A stretch of 63,761 nt of DNA, filler included, from Octopus bimaculoides (Eukaryota): the NCBI RefSeq assembly GCF_001194135.2. It is 5 parts of 5 records of this genome, joined end to end, with 100 filler letters (N's around TTAATTAATTAA, not from the genome) between each part and the next. Parts side by side here need not be neighbours in the genome. Positions count along the whole stretch, not along the records: positions 1 to 27,054 come from NC_069003.1; 4 more parts are not named here. One strand, 5' to 3'. The stretch's first letter is position 1, and the number at the start of each line of letters is the position of its first letter. Positions 13,809 through 26,256 of this stretch are shown in pieces. The notes beneath the pieces are model-generated. The model had not been told where the DNA came from and did no database searches. It saw nothing but the letters and a program-made list of their open reading frames with translations. The position numbers were made by a program, and so were the translations under genes.

Positions 13809-14716
13809 GCAATATTGATATATAGACATACATATATTATAAAGATGTGTATGTGTGCGTATGTGTATGAGTTTCTTATGCAACAAGCAATACACAAGCA
13901 CACACACACATATACATGCACGCACACACTATCGCTCCGTCCAGGTGCAACTGAATTTAAAACAGTGAAACGCTGTGGTCGAAGGAAGATAAAGAAATAA
14001 TTGTTGGACATGAGTTGCATAGAGAAGCTTACCGCTTCATTTGCCACCAGAATACTTTCGAACATGTACTGCGCATGTGGATGTATGGCATGTGAATGCC
14101 TTTGTGCGTAAGTTTCTATGAATGTTCCTGCGTGTACTCGCCCATACATACCTACATACATACATACATACATATGTACATACACACATACATATTTACG
14201 TACATGCGTGTATATCGGTTTACCATTCCTGTTAGTAAGCTGTTGGACAAAGTTTGTTGGGAAAGAATTAATCTGCGATATTAACTGACTCTCCGCCTTC
14301 AATGGCTTGAAGTGTGTGGACGATAAGTTTGAAGTGAGAGTTGCAGACTGAGGGCATTCAAGAGGAGAAAGAGAGAGAAAGAAGGGGAAAGAGGAAAAGT
14401 ATGAGTGTTTGTGTTGGAGAGAGCAAGGAGATATGGAGGGAGTGCCTATGTTAGGGAGAGAGAAAGAGACAGTGTGTGTGTGTCTGGCCTAAGGAGAGAA
14501 AAAGAGAGGGAGGGTGAGAGAAAGGAAAGACGATAGGGGAAGGAGATAGAGAGGGAGAGAATGTGAGATAGAGTGGTAGAGAGAGGGAGACTGTGTGTGT
14601 TTGTCTTATGGGGCGAGAGAGTGTTTGTGTGTCAGACAGAAAGAGAGGGGAGAGTTAATGTCAGAAAGAGATAGAGAATGAGAGAGAAGGAGTGTATGTG
14701 CATTATGGTAAGACAC

Positions 14717-14753
<37 letters not shown>

Positions 14754-14841
14754 AGCGGAGAGACAGAGCAGGAGAGTGTGTTCGTGACATACGGGGAGTG
14801 AGCGAGGGAGGACGTGTATGTGACATAGAGANNNNNNNNNN

Positions 14842-14895
<54 letters not shown>

Positions 14896-15559
14896 ATTTA
14901 AATATATCATGTAATTTTGTTTGTGTGTGATTGAGGGAAAGCAAATGACATTGCGAAATAGTAGGTGGGGTGTGCTTATTTGCGGGCGTGAGAAGAGAAA
15001 AGAGAGAGAAAGAGATCTAAGTCTCAAACATTAGATGTGTGAAAGACGTCATTTTATTTCGTTAGTCATTCCTATTCATCTCTACCGTCCAGACGACAGC
15101 TGCACAGTAAGGACATCTTTGCGATGGTACCATCGTTGAATTTAATAACTACATCCCTGGGATCAGATTATTAATGTTGCTAATGGATTTTAATGTTGGT
15201 CACCAAGACAATACAGACACCGTTTCCAAAGTTTATTGCTTATGCTGCTAACACTGTTTCTGGGGTCAGATCTGTTGTCGCTAACCATATCGCTGGATAT
15301 CTACAGTTGCAAATTACACTGCTGAGATCATTTCGGCAGTTGCTAGCAATATGTACAGCGGCTAGATATGCTTGTGGCATCGGTCCTGAAGTTGCTAACT
15401 CTACTTCTGAGATCGGGGAGGCAGTTGCTGATTACAACACTGAGTCAGGTCTACAATGCCTGATTGTAACTCTGGAATCATATCGATATTTGCTAACAAT
15501 TACATTGAAATCACGTCTACAGTTACTATGAAACTGGAAGGGAAGCAGTGCTTCCAGTT

Positions 15560-15880
15560 CAGTGGTTTTCAACCGGGGTCCAAGTTCTCCGTATAAGATT
15601 TTTGGGGTCTACGCTAGCAAAATAGTAAAGTGGGGATCCACAGTAGCATATTAAGGGTCCATGAAATTTTTTTTCTTTAGATGTATTTATTGCAGGAAAC
15701 AGTTAAATTTCTTTCACAAACGTTTGTTCAACCTACAGAACTTAATGTGTGAATAACAAAATAGGAATTTTGAAAGAAGCATCTATAAAACTATTTTTTA
15801 AACATCGAATGGTGATGGGAATCCACCTGTGTAGAATACTAATGAAAAGGGTCCATAGGCAAAAAGAAAAAAAAAATTGT
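15560..15880. mobile_element. Second copy of the hAT MITE, opposite orientation, one TIR lost
   Basis: Starts cagtggttttcaacc; internal aaacatcgaatgg and gggtccatagg match the reverse complement of 51452-51772. Confidence 0.7.
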
Positions 15881-16009
15881 CCCCTTTTTGACCGTTGAAA
15901 TTGTAACTAAATTAGCTGGAGTAGAAATATTCAACGGAGACGAGTCCTAAGTCTGCGAGACAGCTGCTCAATCTGGAGAGGGTGGTGTCCTACAAAAGAA
16001 AATATGATG

Positions 16010-17132
16010 GCGGAGGAAATGGTGGTACAGATGATAGTGGTGAGGGCTAAGGTGATGGAGCTCCACCACCTTAGCCTGGTGGTGGTGGTGGCAAAGATGG
16101 TATCTGTCATAAAATCCTATGGTAGTTAATGATGTTGACGATTATGGTGATGGTGGTAGTTGTTGTTGTTGTGGTGGTGGTGGTAATTGCTGGGGTGATG
16201 CTGGTGGTGGTGCTGGTGCTGGTGGGGCTGGTGGGGCTGGTGGTGCTGATGGTGGCGGGTTTAGTTGTATTGATTATAGTAAAGCGGACACGATAATGTA
16301 TAATTCTGGATCATAAAATCCCTGCTGTAATGGTGGCGACGGTGGTGATGGCGATGTTGATGATGATGATGAGGAGGAGGAGGAGAAGAAGGAGGAGGAA
16401 GTGGAGGATAGGAGGCGGAGGGGATGTCGGTGACAATGGTGATAACAGTGATGATGAAGATGCTGCTGCTGTTACTGCTGCTGCTGCTGCTGCTGACGAT
16501 GATGACGAAGACGACGACAATACCGACGTCAACGAGTCTTACGGTGGCGGTGGCGCTGGCGGTGGCGGTGGCGCTGGCGCTGGCGCTGGTNNNNNNNNNN
16601 NNNNNNNNNNNNNNNNNNNNNNNNNNNNNNNNNNNNNNNNNNNNNNNNNNNNNNNNNNNNNNNNNNNNNNNNNNNNNNNNNNNNNNNNNNNNNNNNNNNN
16701 NNNNNNNNNNNNNNNNNNNNNNNNNNNNNNNNNNNNNNNNNNNNNNNNNNNNNNNNNNNNNNNNNNNNNNNNNNNNNNNNNNNNNNNNNNNNNNNNNNNN
16801 NNNNNNNNNNNNNNNNNNNNNNNNNNNNNNNNNNNNNNNNNNNNNNNNNNNNNNNNNNNNNNNNNNNNNNNNNNNNNNNNNNNNNNNNNNNNNNNNNNNN
16901 NNNNNNNNNNNNNNNNNNNNNNNNNNNNNNNNNNNNNNNNNNNNNNNNNNNNNNNNNNNNNNNNNNNNNNNNNNNNNNNNNNNNNNNNNNNNNNNNNNNN
17001 NNNNNNNNNNNNNNNNNNNNNNNNNNNNNNNNNNNNNNNNNNNNNNNNNNNNNNNNNNNNNNNNNNNNNNNNNNCAGCAGTAGCAGTAATGGTGGTGATG
17101 CTATCATTATTATTATTATTAGTAGTAGTAGT

Positions 17133-17206
<74 letters not shown>

Positions 17207-17500
17207 CGGGGAGTGGGGTGAAAATCTGGTAATGCATAATTCCGAATCATAAAATCAACAGGTTGTTGATTTTGTTGGCTTATGGTTATGACGGCGGTGA
17301 TGGTTGTGGTAGAGATGGTAGTGGGAGTGATGATGGCGATGGTGATATTGCTGCTGGTTGTGATGATGGTGCCGTTGGTTATAATGCGAGACCAACCGCC
17401 ATTACACATGATTCTTTGTTGTTATTGTTTGTGCCGATGATGATAGTGGTGATGACTGTGGTAGTGGTGGTGGTGGTGGTGGTGAAAATGGTGGTGATTG
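16010..17500. repeat. Mosaic trinucleotide array (GGT, GCT, GAT, AGT, GCA) spanning a gap
   Basis: Directly visible; source of homopolymer ORFs. Confidence 0.9.
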
Positions 17501-17589
17501 TCAAACCACGAACCTTCGCGTTCCGTGTTCGAATCTTGAGGTCGAATGCCAACGTTCACGGTTTAAGCGAAGATTTCCTAATCATGTCA

Positions 17590-18013
17590 TTTTGGATTCA
17601 GCTCCATTGCGTAGCAAATGTCTTCTATTATAGCTTCAGGCTGACCGAAACTGGAAGAAGCCCGTCGTATGCATATGAATTTGTGTATATGTGTGTGTGT
17701 ATAATGTAATATACACATATGTATGTATATGTATCAATGTGTGTGTGTATGTGTGTATGTGCGTGTGTATGTGTATGTATGTGTGTGTGTGTGTGTGTGT
17801 GTGTATTTATCTGTGTTTGACTCCTACCACCGCTTGACAACCGGTGTTGGTATGTTTACGTTCCGGTAACTTAGCGATTCGACAAAAGACACCGACAGAA
17901 TAAGTACTAGGCTTAAAAAGAAAAGTATGTCCTGGGGCTGATTTGTTCGACTAAAACCTTTTAAGGCAGTGCTACAGTATGGCCGCAGACAAATGACTGA
18001 AACAAGTAAAAGA
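17590..18013 (+). mobile_element. SINE family A with expanded internal microsatellite
   Basis: gaaactggaagaagcccgtcg-(TG/TA)n-ccgcttgacaaccggtgttgg...gaaacaagtaaaaga. Confidence 0.75.
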
Positions 18014-18033
18014 TAGAAGATATTTCTTTGCGG

Positions 18034-18098
18034 GTAATACAATATCAGAAGTAATACAATATCAGAAGTAATACAATATCAGAAGTAATACAATATCA
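18034..18098. repeat. 17-bp tandem repeat (gtaatacaatatcagaa) x~3.8
   Basis: Directly visible. Confidence 0.95.
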
Positions 18099-18301
18099 TG
18101 AAAAGAATATTTTCATGTTTTGTGAGACTATTGTATGTATCTGTATATACGTATTTGTTATTGTCTCCGTGCGCATGCGTAATTATGTACGCAAGAAGGT
18201 GTGTTTGTAGGATTTGTGTCATGTGATAGCATGTTCATGTTTCTGGATATGAAAGTTAATACATTATTTACATTTGACGGATATTTGTCCTCATCTTGTT
18301 T

Positions 18302-18339
18302 GTTTCGACTGATATACTCTCCAGCCTTCATCAGGTGTC
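18302..18339 (-). ncRNA. Partial hammerhead-like motif
   Basis: GACAC-CUGAUGA-A-GGCUG(GAGAGUAUAU)CAGUC-GAAAC; cleavage-site half missing. Confidence 0.4.
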
Positions 18340-18412
18340 TCGGAGAAATTTCGAACCTGGGTTCTCATTCCTAAGCTATTTTTCGATGTTCTTATAATTA
18401 TTATTATTATTA

Positions 18413-18446
<34 letters not shown>

Positions 18447-18447
<1 letters not shown>

Positions 18448-18530
18448 GGCGTAATGGTTAAGAGCGCGGGCTACTAACAGATAGATAGATAGATAGATAG
18501 ATTCCGAGTTCGATTCCAGGCAGTGACCTG
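18447..18530 (+). mobile_element. tRNA-like SINE head interrupted by (AGAT)n
   Basis: TGGCGTAATGGTTAAG (A-box-like) ... GAGTTCGATTCC (B box, 18506-18517); flanked by (TTA)n and (TAA)n. Confidence 0.6.
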
Positions 18531-18558
18531 AATAATAATAATAATGATAATAATAATA

Positions 18559-18606
<48 letters not shown>

Positions 18607-19132
18607 CAGCCATTTTAACTAACATAACCGCCATTTTGTCTCTCTACCTCATATCCACCATTTTGTCTCTCTATATCAGACATTTTCTTGCTCTACAATA
18701 TAACCTCTTTACAGCATCACTGCAATCATTTATTCCTTATTTTTAAAGAAATCTGAAACCATCAACTGACATTCCACGACTTTTCTGTTTGTTTGTTTGG
18801 TTTTTGCTTAGTTTTCGCTTATTACTTTTATTTTTTGTCCTCTTCTCTCCTTAGCACACAGATACAAACCTTTTATTTTCTGTCTTTGTTGTACTTCTTT
18901 GAATAGTTCTTTCGGGTTAGCACATATATTTTTGACCTGTTTACATTAACAGATCAAAGCTTTTGTTGGATAAGTAAACATATTCACATATTCTTGTTAT
19001 TCAATTTTAGTGTAGACACAAACTGTATATACATACACACATTCATCCCTAAATATATATACATGCACACACACACACACACAGACACACACACACATAC
19101 ACACACACACATACATACACACACACACATAC

Positions 19133-19195
<63 letters not shown>

Positions 19196-19782
19196 TATGT
19201 ATATATATATCAGAGGCGTTTCCTGCACGAATGCAAAGCATACACTGCATTCTCGTGCTATAAAAACAAACGCAAATAACAAATCCAATTTTAATGTCTT
19301 TCATTTTTGTGAGGCACCTTGAAAGGGAGTAACACATCCAGGCTGTACGTACGTACTTCGTTTGTGTGGCTCTTATTTTGATAATTGCATCTTTTATATA
19401 AAAAATCAGGCATCGACAATGTTATATATTATATAGATATCTATATATATATACATGTGTGTGTGTACATGCGTGCGTGCGTGCGTGCGTGTCAGAAAAC
19501 ACACTCGTAAGTAACTATTCATAAGCAGACTCCGAAGACCATGATACACTGAACGTCGTGTATCGCAACCCACACTTGTACGCACACACACAGACATACA
19601 CCTACACAGACATGCATTTTTCAACAGCCAAATGAAAGAATATTGCTTTGAGGCATATACATATATATACGCTCATAAGCACATACATAAATACATACAT
19701 AAATACATACATGATGGCTGCAAACTCGTGTTCAAGTATTGCTTATACATACTTACATACATACACACACGCATATATCTAC

Positions 19783-19991
19783 TGGTTTCAGACATGAGAC
19801 AGTGGCCATACTGGAACATCGCCTTGAAGAATTTTAGTCGAATAAATCGGCCGAGTTACGTATTTTTTTTTAAACTACGGGTACTTATTCTATAGGTCAC
19901 ATTTGTCGAACCGCTAAGCTACGTAGACGTAGACACATCACAATCGGTTGTTACGCACACACGCTAACACATATACACACACACACATATT

Positions 19992-20047
<56 letters not shown>

Positions 20048-20059
20048 CANNNNNNNNNN

Positions 20060-20092
<33 letters not shown>

Positions 20093-20197
20093 CATATATA
20101 CGATGGGATTCTTTCAGTTTCCGTCTACCAAATTCGCTGACAAGGCTTTGGTCGGCTGCAGATTATTGTAGAAAAGCACTTGCCAAAGGTGCCATGT
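19783..20197 (-). mobile_element. SINE family A, diverged, small gap in internal microsatellite
   Basis: Reverse-complement tail and ttctttcagtttccgtctaccaaa...cacttgccaaaggtgcc core. Confidence 0.7.
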
Positions 20198-20799
20198 GTA
20201 AAGAACGCGTTTATCGTTGCAAACATTGGCAAAAACATATCTTTAGTTCTTATAAGTAATTTCTACCAATCTATAAAATTCGACCTTTAACTGTCTTCTT
20301 ACATGTCATTTCCACTAAATATATCTATTTCTACACCTTTAAGCTTTATTCCCATTCATCTATCGCACTATATTTCTCCACCCTTGGTTGTCTGCTAATT
20401 TCTTTCTTTCACCTCCTTATATTTTTCCAAATTGCATTTGACGATAAATCTATTGACAGTTTTTTTTTAAATAAATTGCCAGCGTTTCTTTGATCATACA
20501 CGCAGTAATCATATTCGGTTAAAATAGCTTATTGATGTGTTTTGTTTCTCTTTTTGCCTCTGATGAGAAGATCGCATTGTTTTACATCATTTTATTCCCT
20601 CTGGAATAATACCAATGTTTTCTTTATTTATTTGTTAATCAAAAACATTTCACTAAACCCTGGAACTTCTACCTTTATAAGTAGTCTGTAACATCTTTCG
20701 TACTTAAAAACGGGAAAAAAAACAACAACAACGCGAGGATGTAGTACATGCCAATGCAAAGTATTAATGAGACACTCAGAGAAGGAAAGAAAGTGTGGT

Positions 20800-20836
20800 T
20801 GCTTTACGTTTCGAGCATAGCTCTTCTTCGGAAACA
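20800..20836 (-). ncRNA. Minimal type-I hammerhead ribozyme-like motif (Penelope-type) in a short repeat
   Basis: UGUUU-CCGAAGA-A-GAGC(UAU)GCUC-GAAAC-GU-A-AAGCA: 5-bp stem I, 4-bp stem II, palindromic ACGU stem III; U4C variant core. Confidence 0.55.
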
Positions 20837-21594
20837 GGAGACATAGGAAAGTCAAAAAGAAAAAGAAGGTGGACAAAAATCGCCAACATTCCACATGTAG
20901 TTACATTTTCGAAATGACCCAAAGTAGATGGATAAAGAGAAAGTGGTTTCTGGAACAGAAGAGTCTGAGAAATGATTGGTATCTGTGTATATGTGCGGGT
21001 GTGCGCGCGCTTATGTGTGTGCAAATATACATTTATAAATTTGTATGTATATATANNNNNNNNNNNNNNNNNNNNNNNNNNNNNNNNNNNNNNNNNNNNN
21101 NNNNNNNNNNNNNNNNNNNNNNNNNNNNNNNNNNNNNNNNNNNNNNNNNNNNNNNNNNNNNNNNNNNNNNNNNNNNNNNNNNNNNNNNNNNNNNNNNNNN
21201 NNNNNNNNNNNNNNNNNNNNNNNNNNNNNNNNNNNNNNNNNNNNNNNNNNNNNNNNNNNNNNNNNNNNNNNNNNNNNNNNNNNNNNNNNNNNNNNNNNNN
21301 NNNNNNNNNNNNNNNNNNNNNNNNNNNNNNNNNNNNNNNNNNNNNNNNNNNNNNNNNNNNNNNNNNNNNNNNNNNNNNNNNNNNNNNNNNNNNNNNNNNN
21401 NNNNATATATATATATATATACACATAAGGTTAACTGAGTTAGAGGTTAAAATAACCGTCTAAGGGATAGAAATATCCATTATACAATAAGTATATTACC
21501 TATGTTTACCATGGGCATATATATACAAGCATATTCTGCTCATAAATTATAGGTAAAGACAAGGATAAACATGAGTTTCTCGAGAATCAAGATT

Positions 21595-22449
21595 TAAAGA
21601 AAACAGAAAATGGAAAAATATTGATGAACAACAATTGACTTACATCAATTATTATCTACTAATTCTATACAAATACACTCCGTCCCATCTAACAGCTGTT
21701 TCTCCTTTCAATGTTGTATTGTATTGCCATTAATATGCTAAAAATATTTATCATATTTGGTAATAAAACCGATCTGAGACATGGAGCTTCATCAAACCAT
21801 TTTGCTTGTGTATCTATTTTCGACGTTAAGCAAATTACTAGACTTGAAATATCATTTGGTGGGTTAATCTTTTGTTGGATGGAATAGGATGGATAAATAA
21901 TAATAAATAATAATAAATAACAGTGGGATGCGCCAGTAGGTTTTAGTCAGAAAAGGGGTGAAGATGCAATAAGGTTTTAGATTAATCATAATAATGTTTA
22001 ATAATTATGTTTATAGTACTAATTAATAGTATTTATCATGATAAAGTGCTAATCGATTAAATGTAAATTTTTTTTTTCTATTTCCTTATTTATTTATTTA
22101 TTAAATTAATCTAAAACCTTATTGTATCTTCACCCATTCTCCGAGTAAAAATTTAGTCATTCATTTAACATCTCAAAGAGGTACCCAAGCAAAATGGTAT
22201 GATTACCACCATACTCAACTTTTCCCTTTTCTTCTCTAGGCTCTTCTTCTGTATTTATTCTTCCCTCTGATGAAGCTCCATGTTTCAGATCGGTTTTATT
22301 ACCGAATATGATAAATATTTTTAGTATATTAATGGCAATACCATACAACAGTGAAAGGAGAAACAGCTGTTAGTCTATTTGTATTGAAACAATATTTGAT
22401 GTAAGTCAATTGTTATTCATCAATATTTCTTCGTTTTCTGTTTTCTTTA
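21595..22449. repeat. Long inverted repeat: arms 21595-21793 and 22268-22449, ~470-bp spacer
   Basis: aattgacttacatca...taacagctgtttctcctttca...gtaataaaaccgatctga(g/a)acatggagcttcatca present in both arms in opposite orientation. Confidence 0.9.
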
Positions 22450-23077
22450 TATATATAAAGTACAAGCGAAATGGATTGTTATAAATGTTATTCCAGTTTA
22501 CGCATGTTCCCGATCAGTTCAGAAGATCATAGTTCCATAATCTAAGTTACCTTCACCAGAGTGACACAGCATAGTTGTGCTTCTGTTCCGAAGATTAGCC
22601 GGGCAGTGCGTTCTCTACTTTATTCAATCGATGGAAAATGGGATGGACTAATAAATGAGACTAATGCAGTAGGAAATTATGATTCTCTAAACATTTTGCA
22701 AATACGTATAAGCTGGAATATGATTTATGATAACCATTACCTTTGTCACTCTTCTATAATATTCTGTAACACCATACCAAATTCATTTGACGATTTGGCG
22801 ACAAAACTTTAGATTTACGAATGAACCAATGGTGATTTCATATGGTAAGGATTACGTGGATTTCAAAATCTGTTGTAGATCAATTTAGCTAAGTTTATTT
22901 CTGGTTCTTTTTTTTCACAGATTCACAGAGAGATTATAAAACACTCACCCGGACCTAGGACCTTTAATCCGCTTTCATTTGATACACACACACCAACACG
23001 CGTGCGCGCGCACACACACATGCACACAGATGTATGCCTGTATGTATGTATGTATGTATGTATGTATGTATGTATGT

Positions 23078-23400
23078 ATCAAATCTCACCTGCGAACCCA
23101 TGGAAAACAAACCTCATCCAGCTATTCTGATTATATGTTTGTGCACACGTTTGAATGTGGTGTGTGCCAGAGGGTTTGCAAATCCAATGGGGGTCTTAAA
23201 AGACATGTTAGGATCCATAATGAGCAGAACTTACTTGCAGGTATTGGTAGTGCAAATCAGAGGTGCAATCTATGTGGGTGTTTTTTTCAAAACACTGTCT
23301 GGTTTAAAAAGCCACATCAGACGCCATGAAAGGGCTAAGGTGTAGGTGCAGGAGGTGGTCAAACTCTGTTTAAGGAGTAGACAACCACCATGTATGTATG
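23078..23400 (+). mobile_element. 5'-truncated LINE 3' end (RTE-like) encoding tandem C2H2 zinc fingers, frameshifted
   Basis: IKSHLRTH...FECGVCQRVCKSNGGLKRHVRIH...RCNLCGCF, then a +1 T in a T-run (23281-23287) shifts to FKTLSGLKSHIRRHERAKV* (stop 23343-23345). Short UTR and (TGTA)n tail; (TATG)n upstream. Confidence 0.6.
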
Positions 23401-23592
23401 TAGGAAGGAACACACTGAACAAGAAATTCGTAGTAAAGACAGAACCTCGCATGCACACACATATATATGAAGAGATCGACAGAGAGGCAGACAAACAGAT
23501 TCACAGATAGACAGACAGACGGACGGACAGACAGACAGGCAGGCAGGCAGGCAGGCAGGCAGAGAGATAGATAGATAGACAGACAGACAAGC

Positions 23593-23654
<62 letters not shown>

Positions 23655-23816
23655 AAGCTATGTGAATATTTGCCGAAACTGAAGGTTTCTCGTTCCCGAT
23701 TTTCAGTATGTATGTATGTCTGTATGTATGTATGCATGTCTGTATGTATGTATGTATGTATGTATGTATGCATGTATGTATGCATGTATGTATGCGTGTA
23801 TGTATGCATGTGCATC

Positions 23817-24022
23817 TTTATGTTTGTGTTTGTCCCCTACCCCCAGCGTTTGGCAACCGGCGTTGATATTTTTGCGTTCCAATAACCTGGCAAAAGGAGG
23901 ACAATAAAATAAGCACCAGCCCTTTTTAATGTAAATATTGCGTTCGATTATTTCGACTAAATCCTTTCAGGGCAGTGCCCCAGCATGGCCACAGTCTAAT
24001 GGCTGAAACAAGTAAATGAATA
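23817..24022 (+). mobile_element. SINE family A, 3' half
   Basis: tttgtcccc...ggcaaccggcgttg...ccagcatggccacagtctaatggctgaaacaagtaaa. Confidence 0.7.
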
Positions 24023-24102
24023 AAGATAAAAATGTGTACATTCAGCGAAATTTCTATCCAGCAAATTCCACGGATAACCTTTTGCATCCTGTCTTCAATC
24101 TT

Positions 24103-24770
24103 TTTTCTTTTACTTGTTTCGGTCATTAAACTGCGGCCATACTGGAACAGCACCTTGAAGAATTTTTAATCGAGTGTATCGACCCCAGTACTTTTTGTTC
24201 TTAAGCGTGGTACTCACTTATAATATCGGTCTCGGGAAGGTAAACACACAAACACCGGTTGTCAAGCGGTGGTGGTGGTGTTGGGATAAACACAGACACA
24301 CACACACACATATATATANNNNNNNNNNNNNNNNNNNNNNNNNNNNNNNNNNNNNNNNNNNNNNNNNNNNNNNNNNNNNNNNNNNNNNNNNNNNNNNNNN
24401 NNNNNNNNNNNNNNNNNNNNNNNNNNNNNNNNNNNNNNNNNNNNNNNNNNNNNNNNNNNNNNNNNNNNNNNNNNNNNNNNNNNNNNNNNTATATATATAT
24501 ATATATATAGGTAGATAGATAGGTAGATAGATAGATAGATAGCTAGATAGATAGATAGATAGATAGATATATTTGTATGTATACATACATACACACACGC
24601 ACGCACGCACACGCACACACACATACACACACACGCACACGAATGTGTACGATGAACTTTTTCAGCTTCCATCTACCAAACACATTCCCAAGGTTTCGAT
24701 CTATTTTTCCAAAGTACCACGCAGTGGGACTGAACCTTCAACCATGTGGTTAGGAAGCAAACCAAATCCG
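24103..24770 (-). mobile_element. SINE family A with gap in internal microsatellite
   Basis: Tail at 24103-24300; core/head remnant cttccatctaccaaa...gcagtgggactgaacc at 24660-24770. Confidence 0.7.
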
Positions 24771-24967
24771 CTCCTGTCAAAAATGATACGTGTATGTGTG
24801 TATGTATCTATGTATCTGCATTTGCATATATGTATAAATGTATGCGCATGCATAAATATAGAGAATGCAGGTCATATTACGTTTGATGATGCAAGACGGT
24901 AGGTACATACAATATATATATATATATATATGTATATGTATATGTGTACGTCTGTGTGTGTGAGTGT

Positions 24968-25005
<38 letters not shown>

Positions 25006-25292
25006 ATGTATGTATGTATGTGTATCGGTAAAAATGTGCATATAACCGTGAATATCCTGACTAATGTCTGCGATCACAGACAATGATTAGTAATCTAGCA
25101 AGCTAAAATATTTATCAACCATAGCAATACCACGCAACAATCTTTGAAACTTGATAGCTTCAGCAATAAATGTCATCTAAACACAGACATAATGGTAGTA
25201 AAAACATGTTTCGTGAGCAAACAACAGACGTTTTACCTTCTCAAGTAAGTATGCAAGCTATATTCTTTAACCTAATGGACTAAAAATATCGG

Positions 25293-25358
25293 TTTGGCAA
25301 TGAGGGGCAATTTCTGATGATTTGGCAATGAGAGGCAATCTCTGAAGATTTGGCAATG
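25293..25358. repeat. 28-bp tandem repeat x~2.4
   Basis: tttggcaatgaggggcaatttctgatga / tttggcaatgagaggcaatctctgaaga / tttggcaatg. Confidence 0.9.
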
Positions 25359-25575
25359 TAAAACAGCTAAACAAATTTTTCCAAATAGAACTGGTTTTTC
25401 ACATTGTTAATTAAATGCTCGTAAGATGACGTTACTAAATACATTTTGAATATCATGAAGAATGACTATGTACATAAGCCAATAAACGCACAGGTAAATA
25501 GAGGAACATATTTGTCTATATATATAATATATATACAGCTATATATATACATACATACATACAGACATATATACA

Positions 25576-25670
<95 letters not shown>

Positions 25671-25991
25671 NNNNNNNNNNNNNNNNNNNNNNNNNNNNNN
25701 NNNNNNNNNNNNNNNNNNNNNNNNNNNNNNNNNNNNNNNNNNNNNNNNNNNNNNNNNNNNNNNNNNNNNNNNNNNNNNNNNNNNNNNNNNNNNNNNNNNN
25801 NNNNNNNNNNNNNNNNNNNNNNNNNNNNNNNNNNNNNNNNNNNNNNNNNNNNNNNNNNNNNNNNNNNNNNNNNNNNNNNNNNNNNNNNNNNNNNNNNNNN
25901 NNNNNNNNNNNNNNNNNNNNNNNNNNNNNNNNNNNNNNNNNNNNNNNNNNNNNNNNNNNNNNNNNNNNNNNNNNNNNNNNNNNNNNNNNNN

Positions 25992-26049
<58 letters not shown>

Positions 26050-26054
26050 TGCAT

Positions 26055-26256
26055 TTGTGTGTCTGTGTTTGTCCCCCAACAATCGCTTGACAACCGATGT
26101 TGGTGCTTTTACGTCCCCGTAACTTGGCGGTTTGGTTAAAACAGACCGATAGAATAAGTACGAGGGGTACAGAGAATAAGTCCTGGGAGTTGATGTGTTG
26201 GACTAAACGCGGTGATCCAGCATGGCCGCAGTCAAATGACTGAAAGAAGTAAAAGA
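26055..26256 (+). mobile_element. SINE family A, 3' half
   Basis: gtttgtcccccaacaatcgcttgacaaccgatg...catggccgcagtcaaatgactgaaagaagtaaaaga. Confidence 0.75.

Noticed and set aside
16330-17232. Poly-R/A/D/G/V ORF
   Set aside because: In-phase trinucleotide microsatellites across a gap; no domain or splice support.
18447-18530. tRNA gene
   Set aside because: A/B boxes present but no cloverleaf; anticodon region replaced by (AGAT)n; SINE-derived.
22268-22290. CTGATGAAGCTCC as a hammerhead core
   Set aside because: No closing stem II or GAAA downstream.
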